DNA of 64,000 bases from Candidatus Eiseniibacteriota bacterium (lineage in GTDB: Bacteria; Eisenbacteria; RBG-16-71-46; SZUA-252): positions 2,944,001 through 3,008,000 of the forward strand of contig OY969801.1 of the NCBI GenBank assembly GCA_963703225.1, written 5' to 3'. This document shows, piece by piece, positions 9,423 through 20,784 of this stretch. The notes below the pieces were generated by a model that did not search any database, was not told the origin of the DNA, and saw only the letters and a program-made list of their open reading frames with translations. Positions within the stretch are counted from its first letter, which is position 1. Every line of letters starts with the position of its first letter. The position numbers and the translations under genes were made by a program.

Positions 9423-10085
9423 ATGGAGGTCCAAGGGCTTCAAACCCAGTGGTCAGCGGCCGGGGAGCGGATCCTGGACGCAGCGGATCGGCTATTGGCC
9501 CGGTTCGGATACAAGAAGATGACGGTCGAGAGCCTCGCCAAGGAGGCTGGGATCGGTAAGGGCACGGTCTACCTGTCGTTCGAGAGCAAAGCCGACGTCG
9601 CCCTCGCCTGCATCGACCGGATGGCGGCGCGGCTTCTCCTGCGCCTGCACACCATCGGCGCCGGCGCGGGCCCGCCCGAGCAACGTCTCCGCGACATGCT
9701 CCTCGAGCGCGTCATGCACCGCTTCGACTACGCGCGGCCGCACTCCTTAAGCCTCGACGACCTGCTCGCGTCGATCCGGCCGATGCTCCTTCAGCACCGG
9801 GTCGAATACTTCCGAGCCGAAAGCAGGGCGCTGGCCGCGGTGATCGAGGAAGGGCGCCGACTTGGAACGTTCGAGGTCGTGGATCCCGCCGCGACGGCGG
9901 ACGCGATGGTCACGGCGACCAACGCATTGCTTCCCTACAGCCTCAGCGTCGAAGAGCTCGGCCGGCGGAGCGAAATCCTGCGCCGGGCCGATGGGATCAT
10001 CCACCTGCTCCTCCACGGCATTGTCGCCGGCCCCAGGGACCAACGGCAAAGCGCGGTGAGCGACCATGGGAGGAATGCAACATGA
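9423..10085 (+). CDS. TetR/AcrR family transcriptional regulator
   Basis: ILDAADRLLARFGYKKMTVESLAKEAGIGKGTVYLSFESK HTH; GGAGG before ATG 9423. Confidence 0.92.
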   Translation: MEVQGLQTQWSAAGERILDAADRLLARFGYKKMTVESLAKEAGIGKGTVYLSFESKADVALACIDRMAARLLLRLHTIGAGAGPPEQRLRDMLLERVMHRFDYARPHSLSLDDLLASIRPMLLQHRVEYFRAESRALAAVIEEGRRLGTFEVVDPAATADAMVTATNALLPYSLSVEELGRRSEILRRADGIIHLLLHGIVAGPRDQRQSAVSDHGRNAT

Positions 10086-11269
10086 AGACCGAGACCTTGC
10101 ACCCCAGGCGCACCACAACCGGCGCGCGCGCCGGAGCCATCACGCTCGCGGCCGCACTCTTCTGCCTCGCGCTCCTCCACGCTCCGGCGACGGCGCAATT
10201 CGGCGGTCCCCCGCCCGACCAGCCCAACATGTACGTCGACGCCAAGCTTCGCGCCGTGACGGTCGACACCCTCGCGGCCGCGATCGAACGTGGCTACGTC
10301 TTCCCGGACGTGGCCAAGAAGACCGCCTCGGCGCTCCGGTCGAAGCTCAAGAAGGGGGGATATGCCGGACTCGACAGCGCGGAAGCGTTCGTCGACTCGC
10401 TCACCGTGGACCTTCGCGCCTTCGGGAACGATCACCACTTCCGTGTCGGCTACTGGAACCGGGAGCTTCCGGAGAGCGCCTTCGTCGGCAGCAATCAGTC
10501 GGCCGATGAGCGAGCCCGCGAGGATCTCCAGGCTCGTCGCCTCAACTACGGATTCGAGCGAGTTCAACGGCTCGCCGGAAACGTCGGCTACCTCGACCTG
10601 CGGGGCTTCGTCGGCACGCCCGAGGCGGGGGCCCTGGCGATGGCGGCGATGACGCTCCTCAACGGGAGCGAAGCGCTGATCATCGATCTGAGGCGAAACG
10701 GCGGCGGCAGCCCGAACATGATCGTGCTGCTCCTGAGCTGGCTCATGCCCGCCGACGAGCGGGTCCACGTGAACGATTTCTATCTCCGCGAGGGGGACGA
10801 AATCCGGCAGTACTACACGCTCCCCACCGTGCCCGGCCCACGCTACCTCGACAAGGAGCTCTACGTGCTCACCAGCCACCGCACGGGCTCGGCGGCCGAG
10901 GAGTTCGCCTACGACGTGAAGAACCTAAAGCGCGGCACCCTGGTGGGCGAAACGACGGTCGGCGCCGCGAATCCGGGAGGAGCTGTGCGCCTGAACAGCC
11001 ACTTCGCGGCGTTCATCTCGGGCGGCCGCGCGATCAGCCCGATCACCAAGACCAACTGGGAAGGCGTCGGCGTCGTGCCCGACGTGAAGACCTCGGCGGA
11101 CGACGCGCTCAAGACCGCGCACGTCTCGGCGCTCATGAACCTGATCGCCAAGGAATCCGACCCCGACCGCAAGCCCTCGCTCGAGCGCGCGCTTCAGATG
11201 GCCAAGGATGCGCCGGTCGAAGCGCTGGATCTTGGTGGACCGAGGATGATGACCAAGCCCGGCAAGTGA
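10082..11269 (+). CDS. Secreted S41 family peptidase (IRBP/NSR-like)
   Basis: Signal peptide; NVGYLDL, IIDLRRNGGG, TGSAAEEF (catalytic Ser), LVGETTVG and NWEGVGVVPD. Confidence 0.9.
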   Translation: MKTETLHPRRTTTGARAGAITLAAALFCLALLHAPATAQFGGPPPDQPNMYVDAKLRAVTVDTLAAAIERGYVFPDVAKKTASALRSKLKKGGYAGLDSAEAFVDSLTVDLRAFGNDHHFRVGYWNRELPESAFVGSNQSADERAREDLQARRLNYGFERVQRLAGNVGYLDLRGFVGTPEAGALAMAAMTLLNGSEALIIDLRRNGGGSPNMIVLLLSWLMPADERVHVNDFYLREGDEIRQYYTLPTVPGPRYLDKELYVLTSHRTGSAAEEFAYDVKNLKRGTLVGETTVGAANPGGAVRLNSHFAAFISGGRAISPITKTNWEGVGVVPDVKTSADDALKTAHVSALMNLIAKESDPDRKPSLERALQMAKDAPVEALDLGGPRMMTKPGK

Positions 11270-11312
11270 TCTGGAAGTGGCGGAAGTGGCGGTGAAGCCG
11301 GACGCGGTGCGG

Positions 11313-13778
11313 CTAGTAGATCTGCTTGAGGAGCCGGATCAAATGGCGCCGCGTGATGCCCAGCTCGAGCGCGGCGCGGCTCCGGTTACCGGCGTTCCGC
11401 GAGAGCGCGGCCAAGATCTCCTCGCGCTTCACGAGATCCACCTTGCCGCGCAGGCCGCGTGCCGGGTGGGCCTCGGCGGCCGGAGTGCCGCCCGGGTAGA
11501 GGAGGCGCAAGAGCGTCGCCCGGTCGACCAGCTCCTGGCGGCCGGCGCAGAGGAAGACCGACTCCACCTTGTGCTTCAGCTCCCGAACGTTCCCCATCCA
11601 CGGGAGCGACACCCAGTATTCGAGCGCATCCTCCGAGAGGACCAACTGCCGGCCCTCGCGCGCCGACAGCTCGTCGAGGAAGTTTCGGATCATGAGCGGG
11701 ATATCTTCGCGCCGCTCGCGGAGGGGCGGGAGCGAGAGGACGACCTGCCCCAGCCGGTAGTAGAGATCGGCGCGGAACCAGCCCGCCTTCACCGCGGCGT
11801 CGAGATCTTTGTTCGTCGCGGAGATGATCCGGACGTTCAATCGCCGCGAGCGAACCTCGCCCAGGCGCCGGTAGGTCCCGTCATCCAACACCTGTAAGAG
11901 CTTGACCTGGGTGCGCTCGCTCAATTCGCCGATCTCGTTCAGGAAGATCGTGCCGCCGTCCGCCTCCTCGAAAATTCCGCGCTTCGTGATCGCGGCGCCG
12001 GTGAAGGCGCCGCGGACGTAACCAAAAAGCTCGCTCTCGACCAAGTCGCCGGGGAGGCTGGTGCAGTTCACCTCCACGAACGGGCGGCCGCGCTCGACCT
12101 CGAAGGAGCGGAACATGTAGGCGAGGAGGTTCTTCCCCGTGCCGGTCTCGCCTTGAATCAAGACCCGCGCGGGGGTCGTCATCAGCTCCGATGCCTTCCG
12201 AACCAGCTCCAGCATTCTCGGGTTCTGGCTGATGATCCCGTGGGCGCGCGCGATGTCCTGAGCCTGCGAGGAGGGCGACGCGGTGGGGCGCTGGCCCCGC
12301 GGCGCGGTGATCCAGGAAGGCGCCTTCAATTCGCGGAGCGCCGCCTCGCAAGCCTTCATCGAATCTTCCATTCCGAGCTGCTCGAAGAGATACATCGCCT
12401 TGAAGGCGAGATTCTGGGCTTCGCGCGTCCGCTCGGCGTCGCCGCCGCCGGGCATCCGCCGCGCCTGCTCCAGGTAGGCCCGGGCGAGCTCGCGCCGCTC
12501 GTGGATCGACTCCAAGAGTCGGACGGCTTCGCGTGACTGCTCGTTGGCGTCCCCGATCCGTCCTTCCAGGGTGTGGATCTGCGCCAGTACGCGCCGCGCC
12601 GCGCCCTCCTCGAGCTGATCTTTGAGCCGGCAGGAGCGGTGGAGCGCATCCTCCGCCGCCTTGAACGCGAGCGGCAGATCGCCGCGCGTCGCGAACGCTT
12701 CGGCGCGCCGGCGCTGGAGCTCGTGGACCATGTCCCCTTCGGGCGCGATCTGCTGCGCCATCTCCAGGGCGTCGCTGTAGAGGTCGAGCGCTTCGTCCAA
12801 ATGCCGCATCTCGTGTTGCAGCTCGCCGCGGCTGAAGAGGCAGAGAACCTGCTCGCGCGAGGTCCCCAAACGGGACGTGATCTGGGACGCGGCGGCGAGG
12901 TGCGCCTCCGCCGTCGCGAAGTCGTGGCGGAAGGTGGCGATCGTCGACAAGCCGATCCGCATGCGGGCCACGCCGGCCTCCCGGCCGATCTGGACGTACG
13001 AATTGAGCGCGCGGTCGAAATGCTCCGCGGCCTCGTCCCACGAGCCGGCCTTCAGATGAACGATGCCGAGGTTGGCGCAGGAGACGGCGATGTAGGCGAA
13101 ATTGCCGAGGCGGGTCGCTATTTCCATGGAGCGGAGCAAATGCCACGTCGCCTGCCTCCAGTCCGAGAGGTGGCGATAGAGCACGCCGAGATTGTTGTGG
13201 GCGCGGATCACGCCCTCTTCATCGTTCAGATCCCATCGGAATAGATGAAGCGCCGCCTCGTAGAACTCCTTCGCCTTGTCCAGGTCGCCGAGGCGGAAAT
13301 AAATCCGCCCGAAGCAGTTGTAGGAGTGCGCCAGGGGCGCCATGAGATTCTTGTCTTTGAAGTAGGCGTGAGCCCGCTCGCAGCTCCCGAGGGCCTCCTC
13401 GTACTGAGAAAGCTCGATCAAGGCCCGGGCGCTCTGGAGCTGGAGCCGCGCGATGAGCTCGGGGCTGGTCTCGGCGACGGCGCGGGCCCGCGCGCGGGCC
13501 AGGTGCTTGAGCGCGCCGGGCGCATCGCCCCGCTCGATCAGGACCTGCGCCGCCTTCAGCTCGAGCGTCGCGACGCGGGCGGGATCGAGGCCCAGCCGTT
13601 CCGCCGAGTGGATGCACTCTTCGAGGTTTTGCAGCGCCGGGAGGTAGCTGTCGGCGCGCAGAAAGATCTCCGAGAGATCTTCGAGGGATTGGAGATGTCG
13701 TTCGGGATCCTGCGTGAGGCGGGCGGTGGAAACCGCCTCCTCACGTTCCCGTATCAGGTCGGTCGTGGTCTTGTCCAC
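11313..13778 (-). CDS. Sigma54 enhancer-binding protein with a large N-terminal TPR domain (TPR-AAA+-HTH)
   Basis: About 480 aa of TPRs (YNCFGRIY, HNNLGVLY, CANLGIVH); GETGTGK, ESELFG, GAFTGA, FLNEIG (Walker B D->N), FRADLYYRL, WMGNVREL; Fis-type HTH GNRSRAALELGI. Confidence 0.92.
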   Translation of the reverse strand: MDKTTTDLIREREEAVSTARLTQDPERHLQSLEDLSEIFLRADSYLPALQNLEECIHSAERLGLDPARVATLELKAAQVLIERGDAPGALKHLARARARAVAETSPELIARLQLQSARALIELSQYEEALGSCERAHAYFKDKNLMAPLAHSYNCFGRIYFRLGDLDKAKEFYEAALHLFRWDLNDEEGVIRAHNNLGVLYRHLSDWRQATWHLLRSMEIATRLGNFAYIAVSCANLGIVHLKAGSWDEAAEHFDRALNSYVQIGREAGVARMRIGLSTIATFRHDFATAEAHLAAASQITSRLGTSREQVLCLFSRGELQHEMRHLDEALDLYSDALEMAQQIAPEGDMVHELQRRRAEAFATRGDLPLAFKAAEDALHRSCRLKDQLEEGAARRVLAQIHTLEGRIGDANEQSREAVRLLESIHERRELARAYLEQARRMPGGGDAERTREAQNLAFKAMYLFEQLGMEDSMKACEAALRELKAPSWITAPRGQRPTASPSSQAQDIARAHGIISQNPRMLELVRKASELMTTPARVLIQGETGTGKNLLAYMFRSFEVERGRPFVEVNCTSLPGDLVESELFGYVRGAFTGAAITKRGIFEEADGGTIFLNEIGELSERTQVKLLQVLDDGTYRRLGEVRSRRLNVRIISATNKDLDAAVKAGWFRADLYYRLGQVVLSLPPLRERREDIPLMIRNFLDELSAREGRQLVLSEDALEYWVSLPWMGNVRELKHKVESVFLCAGRQELVDRATLLRLLYPGGTPAAEAHPARGLRGKVDLVKREEILAALSRNAGNRSRAALELGITRRHLIRLLKQIY

Positions 13779-13824
13779 GTTAGGTCTTTGACGAGATGAG
13801 TTCCGGGGCCCTCAGGGCCATCGG

Positions 13825-14157
13825 TCAGAAGCGAAGCACGGGTGCCAGGAAGAATCTCCACACAGACAGCATACGCTGGAACCTTCCGACCGGAACGGTC
13901 GGACGCGTGGACGCGACGCTGGAAGCCGCAACACCTCTATGTGTGGATGCTTGCCCGGGCAGTGCTGCCGACCGGTACTTACCGGGCGGTGGATTGGGGG
14001 GGGGATTTAATGTCTCGTCGGGCGAACTGGCATAGGCGGGCGTGGCCACGAACCAGGAACCTACCGGGAGCGTGGACCAAGGACTCGAGCCGGCGGTCAG
14101 CGCGAGGAGACCGAGAAGCAGAACGACAAGTTTCGCGTGTCGGGAGAGAAAACCCAT
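13825..14157 (-). CDS. Small (110 aa) exported protein, candidate signalling pro-peptide
   Basis: Basic N-region plus LVVLLLGLLAL hydrophobic core, an AYA|S putative SPase I site, then SSPDETLNPPPNPPP; sits 46 nt upstream of the bEBP on the same strand. Confidence 0.65.
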   Translation of the reverse strand: MGFLSRHAKLVVLLLGLLALTAGSSPWSTLPVGSWFVATPAYASSPDETLNPPPNPPPGKYRSAALPGQASTHRGVAASSVASTRPTVPVGRFQRMLSVWRFFLAPVLRF

Positions 14158-14261
14158 CTCAGCTTCACCATCCCAGGGGGATGACGACGGGGGCCTAACA
14201 GGAACGGCGGCCCCGGTGTGGCCGGACGCGAGGGCGACCGGCACTCCCACGTACAATTGAA

Positions 14262-14318
14262 AGCATACTCCTTCCGGGGTGCCAAATCAACTGAATTGGG
14301 TGGGACAGAGAGGTCTCA
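14262..14318 (-). promoter_or_regulatory. Sigma70-type promoter of the peptide-bEBP operon with an upstream GACA-N4-TGTC-like box
   Basis: Minus strand TTGATT-N17-TATGCT (14262-14290); TGGGACAGAGAGGTCTCA at 14301-14318. Confidence 0.55.
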
Positions 14319-14334
14319 CCCCATTTTCGACAGG

Positions 14335-16233
<1,899 letters not shown>

Positions 16234-16243
16234 GGAGGGAGGC

Positions 16244-17557
16244 TCAGGCCTTGACGCGGCGGATCGCGGCCCCGAGCGCCTTCAGCTTCTCCTCCAGCCG
16301 CTCGTAGCCGCGGTCGAGATGATAGACACGCGAGACGCGCGTCTCGCCGCCCGCGACGAGGCCGGCCAGGATGAGCGCCGCGGAGGCGCGAAGATCGGTG
16401 GCCATGACCGGCGCGCCGCTCAACCCTTCGACGCCCCGCACGTGGGCGGTGTTGCCCTCGACGCGGATATCGGCCCCGAGGCGCTGCAGCTCGGCGACGT
16501 GGGTGAAGCGGTCATGATAGATCGTGTCGACGATCGTGCTCGACCCCGTGCTGACGGAGAGAAGCGCCATGAACTGCGCCTGCATGTCCGTCGGAAATCC
16601 AGGATAGGGCTGGGTGGTCACCGAGAGGGGCTCCGGCCGCTCCGGCGCCCTGAGACGCACGGCGCGATCGGAAATCTCGACGGACGACCCGGCCGACTCC
16701 AGCTTGGCCAGCACCGCGCCCAGGTGCGAGGGATCGACCAGCGTCGTCTCGACGTCGCCGCCCGTGATCGCGGCCGCGGCGAGAATGGTCCCCGCCTCGA
16801 TCCGGTCGGCGATCATCGCGGCGTCGGCCGGGCTGAGCTCCGACACGCCGTCCACGACGATGCGCGGACTTCCGATCCCTTCGATCTCGGCGCCCATCGA
16901 AACGAGAAAGTCCGCGAGCGCCGCGATCTCCGGCTCGCAGGCCGCGTTCTCGATCACGGTCCGACCCGCCGCGGTCACCGCCGCCATTAATATATTGCCC
17001 GTCGCGCCCACGCTCGAAACGTCGAAGGTCATCGTATTGCCGCGGAGCCCGCTCGACCGCGCGACGATGTACCCGTGATCGATCTCGACGTCGGCGCCGA
17101 GCTGCTCCATGCCGCGGATGTGGAGATCGACGGGGCGCGGACCCCAGGCGCATCCCCCGGGGAGCGAGACGCGCGCCTCCCCATAGCGGGCGAGGAGCGG
17201 GCCGAGCACGTAGATCGAGGCCCTCATGGTCTTGACCAGGTCGTAGGGCGCCTCGGCGTTCCGGGAGTTCCGGGTGTCGACGGTGATCTCGTGCGGGGCG
17301 ACGCGGCTGCTCGCGACGCCAAACCGGGAGAGCATCTCGAGCATCGTCGAGACGTCCTTCAGGTCGGGCACATTGGTGAATCGGTAGAGACCCGGCGCCA
17401 AGAGCGTCGCGGCCAGAATCGGCAGGGTCGCGTTCTTCGAGCCACCCACGGCGACCGAGCCGTTGAGCCGTCGGCCGCCCTGCACCCAGATCTCATCCAT
17501 TTTGGTCTTCGTCTTCGAAGGTAATGTGTCCCGCTCGGGTCCCGGTTCGGTCTTCAT
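16244..17557 (-). CDS. murA: UDP-N-acetylglucosamine 1-carboxyvinyltransferase
   Basis: [48 protein letters not shown] and HLDRGYE. Confidence 0.97.
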   Translation of the reverse strand: MKTEPGPERDTLPSKTKTKMDEIWVQGGRRLNGSVAVGGSKNATLPILAATLLAPGLYRFTNVPDLKDVSTMLEMLSRFGVASSRVAPHEITVDTRNSRNAEAPYDLVKTMRASIYVLGPLLARYGEARVSLPGGCAWGPRPVDLHIRGMEQLGADVEIDHGYIVARSSGLRGNTMTFDVSSVGATGNILMAAVTAAGRTVIENAACEPEIAALADFLVSMGAEIEGIGSPRIVVDGVSELSPADAAMIADRIEAGTILAAAAITGGDVETTLVDPSHLGAVLAKLESAGSSVEISDRAVRLRAPERPEPLSVTTQPYPGFPTDMQAQFMALLSVSTGSSTIVDTIYHDRFTHVAELQRLGADIRVEGNTAHVRGVEGLSGAPVMATDLRASAALILAGLVAGGETRVSRVYHLDRGYERLEEKLKALGAAIRRVKA

Positions 17558-18501
17558 GCTCCCCCGCCTCGCGTCGTGCCGATCACGAATCGCGGAATTC
17601 CCGCCCGGTCGGGCAGGACCCGCGCCTCCTGGTTGAGGCCAGGAAAGGCCCCCAGGACATCATCGGCCTGACCGGCTCCAATCTCGAGCGCGAGAAGGCC
17701 CCCGGGGCGAAGCCACAGGTCAAGGCCCCGCGCCAAGTGGCGGAAAGCATCCAGACCGTCGTCGCCGCCGTCAAGCGCTTCCGGTGGATCGTGGTCCCTC
17801 ACCTCCGGCATCAGGCCGGAGAGCTCCACGCGACGCACGTAGGGCGGGTTGGATACGACCAGATCGACGAGCTCCCCGGAGAGCGCGGCCGGGCGGGGCG
17901 AGCTGAAGTCCGCCTCGATCGTCCGGAATCGATTCGCCACGCCGTTTCGGGCGGCGTTTCGCTCGGCCAACGCGAGCGCGACGCTGGAGCGATCGGCGCC
18001 GATCCCGCTCCAGCCCGGGAGGGCCCGGAGGAGCGCGACGGCGATCGCGCCGGTCCCGGTCCCCCAGTCGAGAAGCGTCCCCCTGGCGGCCCCTGCGCCC
18101 GCCGCGTCACACAGGCGGCGGTCGCCGATCGCGGCGAGCACCGCCTCCACGAGCCCCTCCGTCTCCGGCCGGGGGATGAAAACGCCGGGCGCGACGTCCA
18201 GCCAGACGTCGTGGAATGGCATGTCGCCCAGCAGAAGCTGGAGCGGCTCGCGCCGCTCTCTTCGCGAAGCGAGGGCCTCGAGTGCCACCACTTCTTCCCC
18301 GCGGAGGGGTACCGTAGGGTCGGCCCAATAGGCGGAGCGGCCGATCCCGAGCGCATGAAGGAGGAGCCACTCGGCCTCCCGGTCGGGCGATTCGATCCCC
18401 GCGCCCCGAAGGCGGGCGCGAAGGCGGGCCAGGGCGTCGGCGCGGGTCATGCGAGTGGAGGCAAAGGCCCAGTCATCCGTCGACGCGATGCCGGCGCGCA
18501 C
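17554..18501 (-). CDS. prmC: Release factor glutamine methyltransferase (start may be 18450)
   Basis: [32 protein letters not shown] and ALDGGDDGL; follows prfA. Confidence 0.93.
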   Translation of the reverse strand: MRAGIASTDDWAFASTRMTRADALARLRARLRGAGIESPDREAEWLLLHALGIGRSAYWADPTVPLRGEEVVALEALASRRERREPLQLLLGDMPFHDVWLDVAPGVFIPRPETEGLVEAVLAAIGDRRLCDAAGAGAARGTLLDWGTGTGAIAVALLRALPGWSGIGADRSSVALALAERNAARNGVANRFRTIEADFSSPRPAALSGELVDLVVSNPPYVRRVELSGLMPEVRDHDPPEALDGGDDGLDAFRHLARGLDLWLRPGGLLALEIGAGQADDVLGAFPGLNQEARVLPDRAGIPRFVIGTTRGGGA

Positions 18502-18504
18502 GGG

Positions 18505-19602
18505 TCAGGAAGAAGTGCCCGCAGCGGGAGCCGAGCTGGTCGCGGCCAGACGCTCGGCCTGCTCGGCGTTGAAGAGGCCGTCGATCAGCTCGTCCAGATC
18601 CCCTTCCAGTACGTCGGCCAGGCGGTAGAGGGTCAGGCCGATCCGGTGGTCGGTGACGCGCCCCTGGGGGAAGTTGTAGGTGCGGATCTTGGCGCTCCGG
18701 TCGCCGGTCGAGACCATCGACTTGCGGGTGGCGGCGAGCTTCTTCTCCCTCTCCTGGATCTCGATGTCGAGAAGCCTCGCGCGGAGCACCTTGAGCGCCT
18801 TCGCCTTGTTCTTGAGCTGGGAGCGCTCGTCCTGACACTGGACGACGATCCCGGTCGGGAGATGGCGAATACGAACGGCGGAGTCCGCGGTATTGACGCT
18901 CTGCCCTCCCGGCCCTGACGATCGAAAGACGTCGACCTGGAGATCCGAGGGCTTGATCTCCACGTCGACTTCCTCCGCTTCCGGGAGCACCGCCACGGTG
19001 ATCGCCGACGTGTGGATCCGCCCGCTCGCCTCCGTCTCGGGCACACGCTGGACGCGGTGGACCCCGCTCTCATACTTGAAGCGGCTGTAGGCCCCCTCGC
19101 CGTTGATCGAGACGACCGCCTCCTTCACGCCGCCGATCCCGCTCGCCGCGCTCGTGCTCATCACCTCGGCGCGCCACGAGTGCCGCTCGGCGTACTTCAT
19201 GTACATGCGCAGGATCTCGGAGGCGAAGAGGGCCGCCTCGTCCCCGCCCGTTCCGGCGCGGATCTCCACGAGCACGTTCTTGTGGTCCAGGGGATCGGGC
19301 GGGAGCAGAAGCTTGGGGAGCTCGATCTCGAGGTCGGCGCGGAGGCGCTCCAGCTCCTCGAGCTCGGCTTTGGCCATCGCCACCAGCTCGGCATCCCGCT
19401 CATTCCTCACGATCGCCGTGTCCTCCGCGATCCGCTGGAGAACGCCGTCGTAGCGGCGCGCCGCGCTGACGAGGGGCTCGAGCCCGCTCCGCTCCTTGCT
19501 GACCCGTTTCAACTCCGCGGGAATGCCCACCACGGCCGGATCGGAGAGCTGGTTCGTCAGCTCGTCAAAGCGCGTCTTTGCCTTCTCGAGGGCTTCACGC
19601 AT
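18505..19602 (-). CDS. prfA: Peptide chain release factor 1
   Basis: [24 protein letters not shown] (PxT motif), GPGGQ and [15 protein letters not shown]. Confidence 0.97.
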   Translation of the reverse strand: MREALEKAKTRFDELTNQLSDPAVVGIPAELKRVSKERSGLEPLVSAARRYDGVLQRIAEDTAIVRNERDAELVAMAKAELEELERLRADLEIELPKLLLPPDPLDHKNVLVEIRAGTGGDEAALFASEILRMYMKYAERHSWRAEVMSTSAASGIGGVKEAVVSINGEGAYSRFKYESGVHRVQRVPETEASGRIHTSAITVAVLPEAEEVDVEIKPSDLQVDVFRSSGPGGQSVNTADSAVRIRHLPTGIVVQCQDERSQLKNKAKALKVLRARLLDIEIQEREKKLAATRKSMVSTGDRSAKIRTYNFPQGRVTDHRIGLTLYRLADVLEGDLDELIDGLFNAEQAERLAATSSAPAAGTSS

Positions 19603-19611
19603 GGGCGGGTG

Positions 19612-20490
19612 TTAGAGGACGGCGCGCAGCGCCGCGATCGCCACCTCCAGCATGTCGCGGGTCGGCTCGCGGGTGGTCAGGCGCTGGAGCTGGAGACCCG
19701 GCTCGCTGAGCCAGCGTACGAAGGGCCGGTCGTAGTGCGCGCCGGCGAACCGGATGATCTCGAAGGAGACACCCGCGATGAGCGGGATGAGGGCGAAGCG
19801 GAGCGCCCGCGCTCCGAGGGTGTCGGGGCGGCCGAGAAACGCGAAGACGACGAAGCTCACGATGACGACGAGGAAGAGGAAGCTCGTCCCGCATCTCGGG
19901 TGAAAGCGGCTCATCGAGCCCGCCGCGTCGGGCGTAAGATCCTCGCCCGATTCGAGATTATGGATCGTCTTGTGCTCGGCGCCGTGGTACTGGAAGACGC
20001 GCTGCATCTCGCCCCAGAACCCGATCGCCAGGATGTAGATCAAGAAGAAGACGAGCCGGATGCCGCCGTCGATCAGGTTGTACGCCAGCGGAGCGCGCAC
20101 GCCGGTCAGGTCGGTCAGCTTGAGCGGCAGGTAGAAGAAGATGAGAAAAGCGGCGACGAAGGAGAAGGCCACCGTAAGGCCCATCCCCAGGCCGAGCGTG
20201 CCGTAGCGGCGCGCCTCCTTGGGCTTCTCCTTCTCCACCTCCACGGCCACCTCGGCCGAAAAGGCGAGCGACTCCACGCCGATCCGGAGCGATTCGACCA
20301 GGACGACCGCGCCGCGCAGGATGGGAAGCCCGAGGATGGGATAGCGGCGCGAGAGCGAGACGTACTCCCGCGTCTTCACCTGGATCGATCCGTCGGGAAG
20401 CCGGACGGCGGTGGCGACGCGCTTCGGCGAGCGCATCATCACTCCCTCGATGACGGCCTGCCCCCCGATGGGGGCGTAGCGGTCGGACAT
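19612..20490 (-). CDS. DUF1385 (YqhQ-like) membrane protein
   Basis: [30 protein letters not shown] and LTTREP; typical rpmE-DUF1385-prfA context. Confidence 0.9.
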   Translation of the reverse strand: MSDRYAPIGGQAVIEGVMMRSPKRVATAVRLPDGSIQVKTREYVSLSRRYPILGLPILRGAVVLVESLRIGVESLAFSAEVAVEVEKEKPKEARRYGTLGLGMGLTVAFSFVAAFLIFFYLPLKLTDLTGVRAPLAYNLIDGGIRLVFFLIYILAIGFWGEMQRVFQYHGAEHKTIHNLESGEDLTPDAAGSMSRFHPRCGTSFLFLVVIVSFVVFAFLGRPDTLGARALRFALIPLIAGVSFEIIRFAGAHYDRPFVRWLSEPGLQLQRLTTREPTRDMLEVAIAALRAVL

Positions 20491-20525
20491 GCGGATGGGT
20501 GGGGGGCGAAGCGCCTACGGCGGCG

Positions 20526-20759
20526 CTAGGCGGACGGAGCTTCCGCGGGCTTCTGCTCCTTGATCCCATACTTCCGGCGGAAGCGCTCGATGCGTCCCGC
20601 GGTATCCACCAGCTTCTGCTTGCCGGTGAAGAACGGGTGGCAGTTCGAGCAGATTTCCACGTGCAGCGTCTCTTTGACCGTGGCGCGGGTCTCGATCACG
20701 TTCCCGCAGGCACAGACGATCTTGGTGTTGAAGTAACCCGGGTGAATGCCCTTCTTCAT
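20526..20759 (-). CDS. rpmE: 50S ribosomal protein L31 (Zn-binding type)
   Basis: [35 protein letters not shown]. Confidence 0.97.
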   Translation of the reverse strand: MKKGIHPGYFNTKIVCACGNVIETRATVKETLHVEICSNCHPFFTGKQKLVDTAGRIERFRRKYGIKEQKPAEAPSA

Positions 20760-20784
20760 CGCTGTTCTCCGTTCTCCTCTTGGA

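Noticed and set aside
14270..14286. Sigma54 promoter upstream of the peptide ORF (TTGGCAC...)
   Set aside because: The -12 position reads GG rather than GC; a TTGATT-N17-TATGCT sigma70 reading fits better.
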